A stretch of 64,000 nt of DNA from Scyliorhinus canicula. Taxonomy: Eukaryota. Positions within the stretch are counted from its first letter, which is position 1, and each line of letters starts with the position of its first letter. The stretch lies in assembly GCF_902713615.1 (NCBI RefSeq), contig NC_052153.1, positions 191,317,394 through 191,381,393 on the forward strand, given 5' to 3'. Positions 47,296-58,994 of the stretch are shown here, in pieces. Below the pieces are notes generated by a model. It did no database searches, had not been told where the DNA came from, and was given only the letters and a program-made list of their open reading frames with translations. The position numbers and the translations under genes were made by a program.

Positions 47296-50200
47296 TTTTT
47301 TTAAATAATTTTTATTGAAAAATTTTGATTTTATACAACATTGACGCACCTTAGTAAAATACCGAAAATAACAATAATATTAACAGTCATATACATTCGC
47401 CCCAAGCCCATGAACAACCCAGCATTTTAACAACAACGCAAATGAACACACTATAAAGTTACAGAATAAACACTACAATAATGCACCCCCCCCACCGGGT
47501 TGCTGCTGCTATTGACCAAGATACCTATCTCTGAGCCAGGAAGTCCAGAAAAGGCTGCCATCGTTTATAGAACCCTTGTATTGATCCTCTCAGGGCAAAT
47601 TTGACCTTTTCCAATTTTTAATAAATCCCGCCATGTCACTGATCCAGGTCTCCACGCTTGGGGGCCTTGCATCCTTCCATTGTAACAGAATCCTTTGACG
47701 GGCTACTAGGGACGCAAAGACCAGGACACCGGCCTCTTTCGCCTCCTGCACTCCCGGCTCTACCGCAACTCCAAAAATCGCGAGTCCCCACCCTGGTTTG
47801 ACCCTGGATCCAACCACCCACGACACCGTCCCCGCCACCCCCTTCCAGAATTCTTCCAGTGCTGGGCATGCCCAGAATATATGGGCGTGGTTCGCAGGAC
47901 TTCCCGAACATCTGGTGCACCTGTCCTCACCCCCAAAGAACCTACTCATCCTAGTCCCGGACATGTGGGCCCGGTGCAGCACCTTAAATTGGATGAGACT
48001 AAGCCTCGCACATGAGGAGGAAGAGTTGACTCTCTCCAAGGCCTCCGCCCAAGTCCCGTCCTCTATCTGCTCCCCGAGTTCCTCCTCCCATTTAGCCTTC
48101 AGCTCCTCCACTGACGACTCCTCCACCTCCTGCATTACTTTATAGATGTCAGACACCTTCCCCTCTCCTACCCACACCCCCGAAAGCACTCTGTCCATCG
48201 TCCCCTGCGAGGGCAGCAAAGGGAATCCCCCTACCTGTCGCCGAGCAAACGCCTTTACCTGCAGGTATCTGAACATGTTCCCTTGGGGAAGGCCAAATTT
48301 ATCTTCCAGTTCCCCCAGGCCCGCAAACCTCCCGCCAATAAACAGGTCCCTCAATTTGCTGATGCCCGCCCTTTGCCACCCCCTGAATCCCCCATCCGTG
48401 TTCCCCGGGATGAACCGATGGTTGCCACCCAGTGGAGCCTCCATCGAGCCCCCTGTTTCCCCCCGATGCTGTCTCCACTGTCCCCAGATTCTTAGGGTCG
48501 CCGCCACCACCGGGCTCGTGGTAAACCTCTTAGGGGAGAGCGGCAACGGTGCCGTTACCATGGCACCCAGGCTCGTACCTCTACATGACGCCATCTCCAT
48601 TCTTTTCCACGCCGCCCCTCCCCCCTCCATCACCCATTTACGCACCATTGACACATTGGCTGCCCAATAGTACCCCAGAAGGTTGGGCAGCGCCAGCCCG
48701 CCTCTATCCCTTCCTCGCTCCAGGAACACCCTCCTCACTCTCGGAGTCCCATGTGCCCACACAAAGCTCAGAACACTGCCGGTCACCCTCCTAAAGAAGG
48801 CCCTGGGGATAAATATGGGCAGGCATTGAAAAAGGAACAAGAACCTCGGAAGCACCGTCATTTTGACGGACTGTACCCTCCCAGCCAATGACAATGGCAG
48901 CATGTCCCACCTCCTGAACTCCTCCTCCATCTGATCTACCAGTCTGGTGAAGTTATGCTTGTGGAGAGTCCCCCAGTCCCTGGCCACTTGCACCCCCAGG
49001 TACCTAAAGCTCTCCCCTGCCCGCCTAAGCGGGAGCCTACCAATTCCTTCCTCCTGATCTCCAGGGTGCACCACAAACACCTCGCTCTTGCCTAAGTTTA
49101 ATTTATAACCTGAAAAGGTCCCAAACTCAGCCAGCAACTCCATCACTCCCGGCATCCCTCCCACCGGGTCCGCCACATACAGTAACAGGTCGTCGGCATA
49201 CAACGACACCCTATGTTCCTCTCCACCTCGCACCAAACCTCTCCACTTCTCTGAATCTCTCAACGCCATCACCAGCGGCTCGATTGCCAATGCAAACAAC
49301 AAGGGGGACAGGGGGCAACCCTGCCTGGTCCCTCGGTAAAGCCGGAAGTACTCCGACCTCCTCCTATTTGTGGCCACGCACGCCATCGGGGCCTCATATA
49401 GCAGCCTTACCCATCTAATGAACCCTTCACCAAATCCAAACCTCCCCAACACCTCCCACAGGTACCCCCACTCCACTCTATCGAAGGCCTTCTCCGCATC
49501 CAGCGCCACCACTATCTCTGCCTCCCCCTCAATCGCCGGCATCATGATGACATTCAATAATCTCCGCACATTCGTGTTCAGCTGCCTTCCCTTCACAAAA
49601 TCTGTCTGGTCCTCGTGCACAACCCTTGGCACACAGTCCTCTATCCTGGTGGCCAGGATTTTTGCCAGCACCTTAGCATCCACGTTGAGGAGAGATATGG
49701 GCCTGTATGAACCACACTGCTGGGGGTCCTTGTCCTTCTTTAAAATTAACGAGATCAGCGCCCGCGACATCGTCGGGGGCAAAGTCCCCCCTTCCCGCGC
49801 TTCGTTGAGTGTCCGCACCAGCAAGGGGCCCACTAGGTCCACAAACTTTTTATAAAATTCCACCGGGAACCCATCCGGACCCGGTGCCTTCCCTGACTGC
49901 ATCTGCCTGATCCCCTTAACTAGCTCCTCCAGCTCAATCGGCGCACCCAGCCCCTCCACCTTCTCCTCCTGCACCTTCGGGAAAGAAAGCCCGTCGAGGA
50001 ACCTCTCCATTCCCCTTCTCTCCCCCGTTGGCTCCGACCGGTACAGTTCCCCGTAAAAGTCCTTGAAGACCTCATTCACCTCTACCCCCTTCCGCACCAC
50101 ATTCCCACTCTTGTCTCTCACTCCAGCAATCTCCTTAGCCACATCCCGCTTACGGAGCTGATGAGCCAGCATCCTACTCGCCTTTTCACCATGTTCGTAC

Positions 50201-53004
50201 ACTGCCCCTTGTGCCTTTCTCCACTGTGCCTCCGCCTTTCTAGTGGTCAGCAAATCAAATTTAGCCTGCAGGCTGCGCCTCTCCCCCAACAGTCCCTCCT
50301 CTGGTGCCTCTGCATACCTCCTGTCCACCTCCAGCATCTTTCCCACCAGTCTATCCCTCTCACTCCTCTCGCTCCTCTCCCTGTGTGCCCGGATGGATTT
50401 CAGCTCCCCATGAATTACTGCCTTCAGGGCTTCCCAGACCATCCCCACCTGAACCTCCCCCGTATCATTCACCTCAAGGTACCCCTCAATACTTGCCCGG
50501 ACCCTCCTACACACCTCCTCCTCCGCCAACAACCCCACATCCAACCGCCACAACGGACGTTGGTCCCGCACCTCCCCCATCTCCAACTCAATCCAATGCG
50601 GAGCGTGGGCGGAGATTGCAATGGCCGAATACTCGGCTTCCTCCACTCTCGGAATCAGTCCCCTACTCACCACGAAGAAGTCTATCCGAGAGTAGACCCT
50701 ATGTACGTGGGAGAAGAAAGAGTACTCGCGTGCCCTCGGCCTCACAAACCTCCATGGATCCACTCCACCCATCTGATCCATAAACCCTCTTAGTACCTTG
50801 GCCGCCGCTGGCCTCCTACCCGTCCTAGAGCTGGACCGATCCAGTGAAGGATCCAACACCATATTGAAGTTCCCCCCCCATGATCAGACCTCCCGCCTCC
50901 AGATCCGGGACCCGTCCCAACATACGCCTCATAAAGCCCGCATCGTCCCAATTTGGGGCATACACACTAGCCAGTACCACCTTCTCTCCTTGTAGCCTGC
51001 CCCTAACCATAACATACCTACCCCCCTTATCCGCCACCACCTCCGATGCCTCAAACAACACATTTTTCCCCACCAGAATCGCCACTCCCCGGTTCTTCAC
51101 ATCCAACCCAGAGTGGAAAACCTGCCCCACCCATCCCTTCCTCAGGCGGACCTGGTCCGCCACCCTCAGGTGGGTCTCCTGAAGCATTGCCACACCTACC
51201 TTTAGCCCCTTCAGGTGAGCCAGTACCCTCGACCGCTTCACCGGCCCATTCAACCCTCTCACATTCCAGGTGACCAACCGGATCAGAGGGCGTCCCGCCC
51301 CCCTCCCCCATCGGCTAGCCATAGCCCGTCGACTGCCCGCCCCAGGCCAGCACCCCCTGCCCGACCCCGTCCCCATAGCGACAACCCCTCACCTCTGTCC
51401 CCCCAGCCCCCACCAGCTCCTTCTTGACCCTACCAGCAGCAACCCGGTATTCCCCTTTCCCCCCCTCCCTTCCCCCCAGGCTAGGAACCCTCCCAGCCGC
51501 GAACCGTCCTCCATTGTACTTCCGTGGGTCAGCTAACTTCTGCTGACCCCGGAAACTCCCGCCAATAACCCGACCCCTCCCAAAGTGGGATCATCCCCCA
51601 ACCTATCCCTCCTCCAGGCACCGCTCCAGCGCGGGGAAGAACCAGTTAAGGCCCCGCCTCCCCCGTCACCGTCTCCACCCCCCAGCCCCGCAGCGCGGGA
51701 AACCAGAGGAAAGCCCGCGCTTTCGCCCTGCCCCACCACACCTTTCTGACGCAGCTCCCAAATATCAGCCCCACTCCATACCCCCACTCCGGCATAGAAT
51801 ACAACATACCCCCCCGACTCTCCCCGCAAGATACACAGCCCAAACAATGCCCCACAGCACAAGAACAAAAACATAGCAGAACAACCCCTCCGTAAATAAC
51901 CCTATCAAAATTGCAAATGTACTAAAACAAGAAGAAAAAAACAGAAGAAAAAGAGAACACAGCAACAGCAGAATCTAGCACTAATATCTTACAGTCGACC
52001 TCGCAACCCCCAACCCCTAGTTCAAGTCCAGTTTCTCCGTCCGCACGAAAGCCCACGCCTCCTCCGGGGAATCGAAATAATGGTGCCGGTCCGAATAAGT
52101 TACCCACAGGCGTGCGAGCTGCAACATTCCGAACTTTATCTTTTTTCTATAAAGCACCTCTTTCGTCCGATTAAATCCGGACCGCCGCTTAGCCACCTCC
52201 GCACTCCAGTCCTGGTAGATCCGCACTAACCCATTCTCCCACTTGCTGCTCTTCACCTTCTTGGCTCAGCGCAGCACACACTCCCGATCACTGAACCGGT
52301 GGAACCTCACCAGCACCGCACGCGGGGGTTCATCTTCCTTGGGCCAGCACCCTGTGCACTCCCTCCAGCTCCAAGGGCAGATGGAAAGACCCGGCCCCCA
52401 CTAGCGAGTTCAGCATTGTAGCCACGTAGGCTGTCAGGTCCGATCCCTCCAGCCCCTCCGCAAGGCCCAAGATCCGCAGGTTTTTCCGCCTCATGCGGTG
52501 ATCAAGCTCCTCGAAGCGTTCCTGCCACTTCTTGTGGAGTGCCTCGTGCCCCTCCACCTTACTCACGAGGACCACGGCCTCCTCCTCTCGTTCCGTGGCC
52601 TGCGTCTGCAACTCCTTGATGGCAGCACCCTGGGTGGACTGAATCTCTGACAGCCTTCTGTTCGTTTCCTGCAGAGAGCTCAGTACTTCATCCTTGAATT
52701 CTTTAAAGCAGCGCAGGAGATCAGTTTGTTGCTCCTGGGCCCAGAGCCTCCATTCCTCTGGAGCTCTGTCGGTGGCCATCTTGGATCCCTTCCCCCGTTT
52801 TCTCTGAGGAGCTGCTGCTGTTTTTTCCCCCTTTCCACTCCGAGTTCGAGGCATGGACTGCGGGGAAAGTCGTTCAGCACACCTTCCCCCACCGGGAGAC
52901 GTCGAAACATTTCCGTTTTGGGCTCTCAAAAGAGCCGAAAAGTCTCTTTAAAACGGGAGCTCCCAAATGTGTGGCTTCCTACTCCATCACAGCCATCGGA
53001 AGTC
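47296..53004 (-). mobile_element. Full-length L1-clade LINE, copy 2 (5.7 kb), inserted at the Copia LTR/PBS junction
   Basis: 16-bp TSD CTCTGCTACCATTGTT (47280-47295 / 53005-53020). ORF1 52854-52017 has a frameshift and a stop. ORF2 from 51322 has a 1090-aa open stretch and only two frameshifts, both in homopolymer runs. Confidence 0.96.
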
Positions 53005-53270
53005 CTCTGCTACCATTGTTAACATGTACTAGATGCTGTGGTATGAAGAGGCAAGAGTTCAGCTCCTTTTTCAACAACACACCTTTAATGGTTCAAACGC
53101 ACTCTGCACAGAACTCTACAGATCATCACAAGCTCCAGAGTCCACCTGAAGCCCCTTTACATATCAGTGTCAATCATTGAACACTTAACATACATGAGAC
53201 AATCATTGAACACTTAACATAAATGAGACAACTAATTGCAATGTCTCTTAACCCATTACTTAACACAGGG

Positions 53271-53625
53271 GCCTGTCGGGAAGGTGAGTGTGTGTCTTTA
53301 AATTTGCTTGCCTTTCAGCAGGAGCAGCCTCCGGATCTTCGATGGGAGCAGGGGCCTGTCGGGAAGGTGAGTGTGGGCCTTTCAATTTGCTTGCCTTTCA
53401 GCGGGAGTGGCCTCCGGATTTTCGGCGGGAGCAGGGACCTGTCGGGAAGGCGAGTGTGGGCCTTTCAATTTGCTTGCCTTTCAGCGGGAGCAGCCTCCGG
53501 ATTTTCGGCGGGAGCAGCGGACTGTCGGGAAGGTGAGTGTGGGCCTTTCAATTTGCTTGCCTTTCAGCGGGAGCAGCCTCCGGGTTTTCGGTGGGAGCAG
53601 GGGCCTGTCGGGAAGGTGAGTACCT
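53271..53625 (+). repeat. 83-bp tandem monomers of the CR1 5' UTR (plus ~1.25 units at 42559-42662)
   Basis: CTGTCGGGAAGG recurs at 53273, 53356, 53439, 53522, 53605. Confidence 0.92.
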
Positions 53626-53765
53626 GTATATAAGTTGGGCGGTTGCTAAAACCGAGACACTACACTTGTAGTGTCCCCCCACCCTTCCACCTCCTCTAAC
53701 CTAAGGGTTTGAGGGAATATCAGGTGAGCTCTTCCTTTCTTTTTCTTGTTTTTTATCTAGAGGGG

Positions 53766-54690
53766 ATGGCAGGGAAGGCAGTACAATGCCCCTCCTACAG
53801 AATGTTTGAGGTGAGGGACGCCGTCGGTGTCCCTGCTGATTTCATCTGTGGGAAGTGCACCCAACTCTAGCTCCTCAAAAACCGTGTTAGGGAACTGGAG
53901 CTGGAGCTGGATGAACTTCAGATCATTCGGGAGGCAGAGGGGGTCATAGATAGGAGCTTCAGGGAGGTAGCTACGCCAAAGAATAAAGATAGATGGGTGA
54001 CGGTGAGAGGGGCTGGGAGGAAGCAGTCAGTATAGGGATCCCCTGTGGTCATTCCCCTTAGTAACAGGTATACCGCTTTGGATACTGTTGGGGGGGGGGA
54101 CTTTCCAGGGGTCAGCCATGGGGTACAGGTCTCTGGCAGAGTCTGTCCCTGTTGCTAAGAAGGGAAGAGGGGAGAGGAGAAGAACATTAGTCATTGGAGA
54201 CTCCATAGTTAGGGGGATAGATAGGAGATTCTGTGGGAACGAGAGAGACTCGCGGTTGGTGTGTTGCCTCCCAGGTGCCAGGGTCCGCGATGTCTCGGAT
54301 CGTGTTTTCGGGATCCTTAAGGGGGAGGGGGAGCAGCCCCAAGTCGTGGTCCACATAGGTACCAATGACATAGGTAGGAAAAGGGATAGGGATGTAAGGC
54401 AGGAATTCAGGGAGCTAGGGTGGAAACATAGATCCAGGACAAACAGAGTTATTATCTCTGGGTTGTTACCCGTGCCACGTGCTAGTGAATCGAGGAATAG
54501 GGAGAGAGAGCAGTTCAACACATGGCTACAGGGATGGTGCAGGAGGGAGGGTTTCAGATTCCTGGACAATTGGGGCTCATTTTGGGGTAGGTGGGACCTC
54601 TACAAACAGGAAGGTCTACACCTGGACCAGAGGGGTACAAATATCCTGGGGGGGAGGTTTGCTAATGCTCTTCGGGAGGGTTTAAACTAG
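53766..54690 (+). pseudogene. CR1 ORF1: zinc finger, leucine zipper, SGNH/GDSL esterase
   Basis: VQCPSY..ICGKC, RVRELELELDEL, LVIGDSIVRG, VHIGTND, EGLHL; in-frame TAG and a frameshift. Confidence 0.85.
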
Positions 54691-57658
54691 TTCAGCAGGG
54701 GGTTGGGAACCTGAATTGTAGCTCCAGTACACAAGAAGTTGAGAGTAGTGAGGTCATGAGTAAGGTTTCAAAGTTGCAGGAGTGTACCGGCAGGAAGGAA
54801 GGTGGTCTAAAGTGCGTCTACTTCAATGCCAGGAGCATCCGGAATAAGGTGGGTGAACTCACCAGGTTAGTACCTGGGACTTCGATGTTGTGGCCATTTC
54901 GGAGACATGATAGAGCAGGGACAGGAATGGTTGTTGCAGGTTCCGGGGTTTAGATATTTCAGTAATCTCAGGGAAGGTGGTAAGAGAGGGGGAGGGGTGG
55001 CATTGTTAGTCAAGGACAGTATTACGGTGGCTGAGAGGACATTTGATGAGGACTCGAATACTGAGGTAGTATGGGCTGAGTTAAGAAACAGGAAAGGAGA
55101 GGTCACCCTGTTAAGGGTTTTCTATAGGCCTCCGAAAAGTTCCAGAGATGTAGAGGAAAGGATTGCAAAGATGATTCTGGATAGGAGCAAAAGTAACAGG
55201 GTAGTTGTTATGGGGGACTTTAACTTTCCAAATATTGACTGGAAACACTATAGTTCGAGTACTTTAGATGAGTCCATTTTTGTCCAATGTGTGCAGGAGG
55301 GTTTCCTGACGCAATATGTAGATAGGCCAACGAGGGGCGAGACCGTATTGGATTTGGTACTGGGTAATGAACCAGGACAGGTGTCAGATTTGGAGGTAGG
55401 TGAGCACTTTGGTGATAGTGACCACAATTCGATTACGTTTACTTTAGTGATGGAAAAGGATAGGTATATACCGTAGGGCAAGAGTTATAGCTGGGGGAAA
55501 GGCAATTATGATGTGATGAGGCAAGATTTAGGATGCATCGGCTGGAGAGGAAAACTGCAGGGGATGGGCACAATGAAAATGCGGAGCATGTTCAAGGAAC
55601 AGCTACTGCGTGTCCTTGATAAGTATGTACCTGTTAGGCAGGGAGGAAGTGGTCGAGCGAGGGAACCATGGGTTACTAAAGCAGTTGAAACACTTGTAAA
55701 GAGGAAGAAGGAGGCTTATGTAAAGATGAGACGTGATGGTTCAGTTAGGGCGCTTGAGAGTTACAAGTTAGCTAGGAAGGCTCTAAAGAGAGAGCTACGA
55801 AGAGCCAGGAGAGGACATGAGAAGTCTTTGGCAGGTAGGATCAAGGATAACCCTAAAGCTTTCTATAGATATGTCAGGAATAAAAGAATGACTAGGGTAA
55901 CAGTAGGGCCAGTCAAGGACAGTAGTGGGAAGTTGTGCGTGGAGTCCGAGGAGATAGGAGAGGTGCTAAATGAGTATTTTTCGTCTGTATTCACACAGGA
56001 AAAAGACAATGTTGTCGAGGAGAATACTGAGATACAGGCTACTAGACTAGAAGGGCTTGAGGTTCATAAGGAGGAGGTGTTAGCGATTCTGGAAAGTGTG
56101 AAAATAGGTAAGTCCCCTGGGCCGGATGGGATTTATCCTAGGATTCTCTGGGAAGCTAGGGCAGAGATTACTGAGCCTTTGGCTTTGATCTTTGATCTTT
56201 AAGTCATCTTTGTCTACAGGAATAGTGCCAGAAGACTGGAGGATAGCAAATGTTGTCCCCTTGTACAAGAAGGGGAGTAGAGATAACCCCGGTAACTATA
56301 GACCAGTGAGCCTTACTTCTAGTGTGGGAAAAGTCTTGGAAAGGTTTATAAGAGATAGGATGTATAATCATCTGGAAAGGAATAATTTGATTAGAGATAG
56401 TCAACATGGTTCTGTAAATGGTAGGTCGTGCCTCACAAACCTCATTGAGTTCTTCGAGAAGGTGACCAAACAGGTGGATGAGGGTAAAGCAGTTGATGTG
56501 GTGTATATGGATTTCAGTAAAGCGTTTGATAAGGTTCCCCACGGTAGGCTATTGCAGAAAATACAGAGGCATGGGATTCAGGGTGATTTAGCAGTTTGGA
56601 TCAGAAATTGGCTAGCTGATAGAAGACAGGAAGACAGGTGGTTGATGGGAAATGTTCAGACTGGTGTCCAGTTACTAGTGATGTACCACAAGGATCTGTT
56701 TTGGGGCCGCTGCTGTTTGTCATTTTTATAAATGACCTGGAGGAGGGCGTAGAAGGATGGGTGAGTACATTTGCAGATGACACTGAAGTCGGTGGAGTTG
56801 TGGACACTGCAGAAGGATGTTACAAGTTACAGAGGGACATAGATAAGCTGCAGAGCTGGGCTGACAGGTGGCAAATGGAGTTTAATGCAGAAAAGTATGA
56901 GGTGATTCATTTTGAAAGGAATAACAGGAAGACAGAGTACTGGGCTAATGGTAAGATTCTTGGTAGTATTGACGAGCAGAGAGGTCTCGGTGTCCATGTC
57001 CATAGATCCCTGAAAGTTGCCACCCAGGTTGAGAGGGTTGTTAAGAAGGCGTACGGTGTGTTAGCTTTTATTGGTAGAGGAATTGAGTTTTAGAGCCATG
57101 AGGTCATGTTGCAGTTATACAAAACTCTGGTGCGGCCGCATTTGGAGTATTGCGTGCAGTTCTGGTCGCCTCATTATAGGAAGGATGTGGAAGCATTGGA
57201 AAGAGTACAGAGGAGATTTACAAGGATGTTGCCTGGTATGGAGGGAAGATTTTACGAGGAAAGGCTGAAGGACTTGAGGCTATTTTCGTTAGAGAAAAGA
57301 AGGTTAAGAGGTGACTTAATTGAGGCATACAAGATGATCAGAGGATTAGATAGGGTGGACATTGAGAACCTTTTTCCTCGGATGGTGATGTCCAGCATGA
57401 GGGGACATAGCTTTAAATTGAGGGGAGATAGATAGAGGACAGATGTCAGAGGTAGGTTCTTTACTCAGAGAGTAGTAGGGGCGTGGAATGCCCTACCTGC
57501 AACAGTAGTGGACTCGCCAACACTAAATGCATTCAAATGGTCATTGGATAGGCATATGGACGATAAGGGAATAGTGTAGAGGGGCTTTAGAGTGGTTTTA
57601 CAGGTCGGCGCAACATCGAGGGCCGAAGGGCCTGTACTGCGCTGTACTGTTCTATGTT

Positions 57659-58740
57659 CTACTCCATTGCGGAAGTCAGGGCGGTCACCAAAGTCTACCA
57701 GGTCTGCGCTGAGTGCAAACCGCATTTCTACCGGCCAGACCGAGCACACCTGGTGCAGGCCTCCCATCCCTTTGAACGCCTCAGCATGGACTTCAAAGGG
57801 CCCCTCCCCTCCTCCGACCGAAACGCATACTTCCTGAACGTGGTCGATGAATACTCCAGATTCCCCTTTGCCGTCCCATGCCCTGATATGACGTCTGCCA
57901 CAGTCATCAAACCCCTCAATAGCATCTTCACTCTATTTGGTCTCCCCGCTTACGTCCACAGCGATCGGGGATGCTCCTTTATGAGTGATAAGCTGCGTCA
58001 ATTCCTGCTCAGCAAGGGCATTGCCTCGAGGAGGATGACCAGCTACAACTCCCAGGGAAACGGGCAGGTGGAGAGGGAGAACGCGAAGGTCTGGAACGCC
58101 GTCCAGCTGGCCCTACGGTCTAAAAATCTCCCGGTCTCCCGCTGGCAGGAAGTCCTCCCCGACGCCCTCCACTCCATCCAATCGCTACTTGGCACTGCGA
58201 CTAATGCAACCCCCCCCCCCATGAAGGGCTCCTTGCCTTCCCTAGGAAGTCCACCTCCGGGGTTTCGCTCCCAACGTGGCTGGCAGCTCCAGGACCCGTT
58301 CTCCTCCGCAAGCACATGTGGCTCCACAAGGCGGACCCGTTAGTCGAGAGGGTACAGCTACTCCATGCAAACCCGCAGTGGTGTACCCTGACGGCTGCCA
58401 AGACACAGTCTCCCTCAGGGACCTGGCACCAGCTGGTCCCCCCCCCCCCACCTCCAACTGCCCCGGCGCCACCCATCCTCCCCCCAGCGCACCTCACCAC
58501 AGCCCCCGCTCCAGGATGATCCGCCCTCTCATGGGTTCCACCCGGGGATGAAGATGAGGACTACACGCTCCCGGAGTCACCGGCGACCAAGCCTGCATCA
58601 TCACCGGGACTACGGCGCTCACAACGGGGGATCAAGGTACCCGACCGGCTAAATTTGTGAACTTTTCCCCAAACTGTACACTTTAAAAAGGCTCACATAC
58701 ATGCAAATAGTTTTTCCACCACCCCTGCTGGACTCTTTTT
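57659..58740 (+). pseudogene. Gypsy integrase, 3' part
   Basis: Resumes as YSIAEV..CAEC; SMDFKGP, HSDRGCSF, GNGQVERENA (DDE core); frameshifted downstream. Confidence 0.9.
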
Positions 58741-58994
58741 AACAGGGGGTGAATGTGGTAATCACCACTGTTTGTCTATATGACGCATATGAGAAGTAAT
58801 ATGGTAAGGCCCCTGTACTACAGGCACGGGGATAGATCCCTGCCTGCTGGCTCCGTCCAGTAGGCAGAGTATAAATGTGTGTGCTCACCGAGCTGCAGCC
58901 ATTTCAGCAGCAGCTGCAGCAGGCCACACATCCCTGTTGTAATAAAGCCTCGATTACACTCCACTCTCGTCTCGTCGTAATTGATAGTGCATCA

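Larger units (their letters stand above)
42663..53265 (-). mobile_element. Ty1/Copia LTR retrotransposon, GalEa-like, structurally complete (~4.6 kb without inserts)
   Basis: 249-bp LTRs at 42663-42911 and 53017-53265, 5-bp TSD CAGGG, tRNA-iMet PBS TGGTAGCAGAG, PPT 42912-42925; order gag-PR-IN-RT-RH; RT motif HVDD. Confidence 0.93.
42559..57658 (+). mobile_element. Full-length CR1 (HER1-type) LINE inserted in the Gypsy integrase; 5' UTR split by Copia
   Basis: TSD CTACTCC (42552-42558 / 57659-57665); tandem 5' UTR; ORF1 53766-54690; ORF2 EN/RT ~54750-57578 with stops; (TGTTCTA)n tail. Confidence 0.93.
39719..58994 (+). mobile_element. Ty3/Gypsy LTR retrotransposon (probably Mag clade), both LTRs present, internally deleted, host of the nest
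   Basis: 5' LTR 39719-39917, 3' LTR 58754-58994, 5-bp TSD CAAGG (39714-39718 / 58995-58999), PPT 58741-58753. Gag with two knuckles, PR (LLDSGS), RT (VDLKSAYHQ, YLDS), RNase H (DAS..EAQAI..TD), then integrase. Confidence 0.95.
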
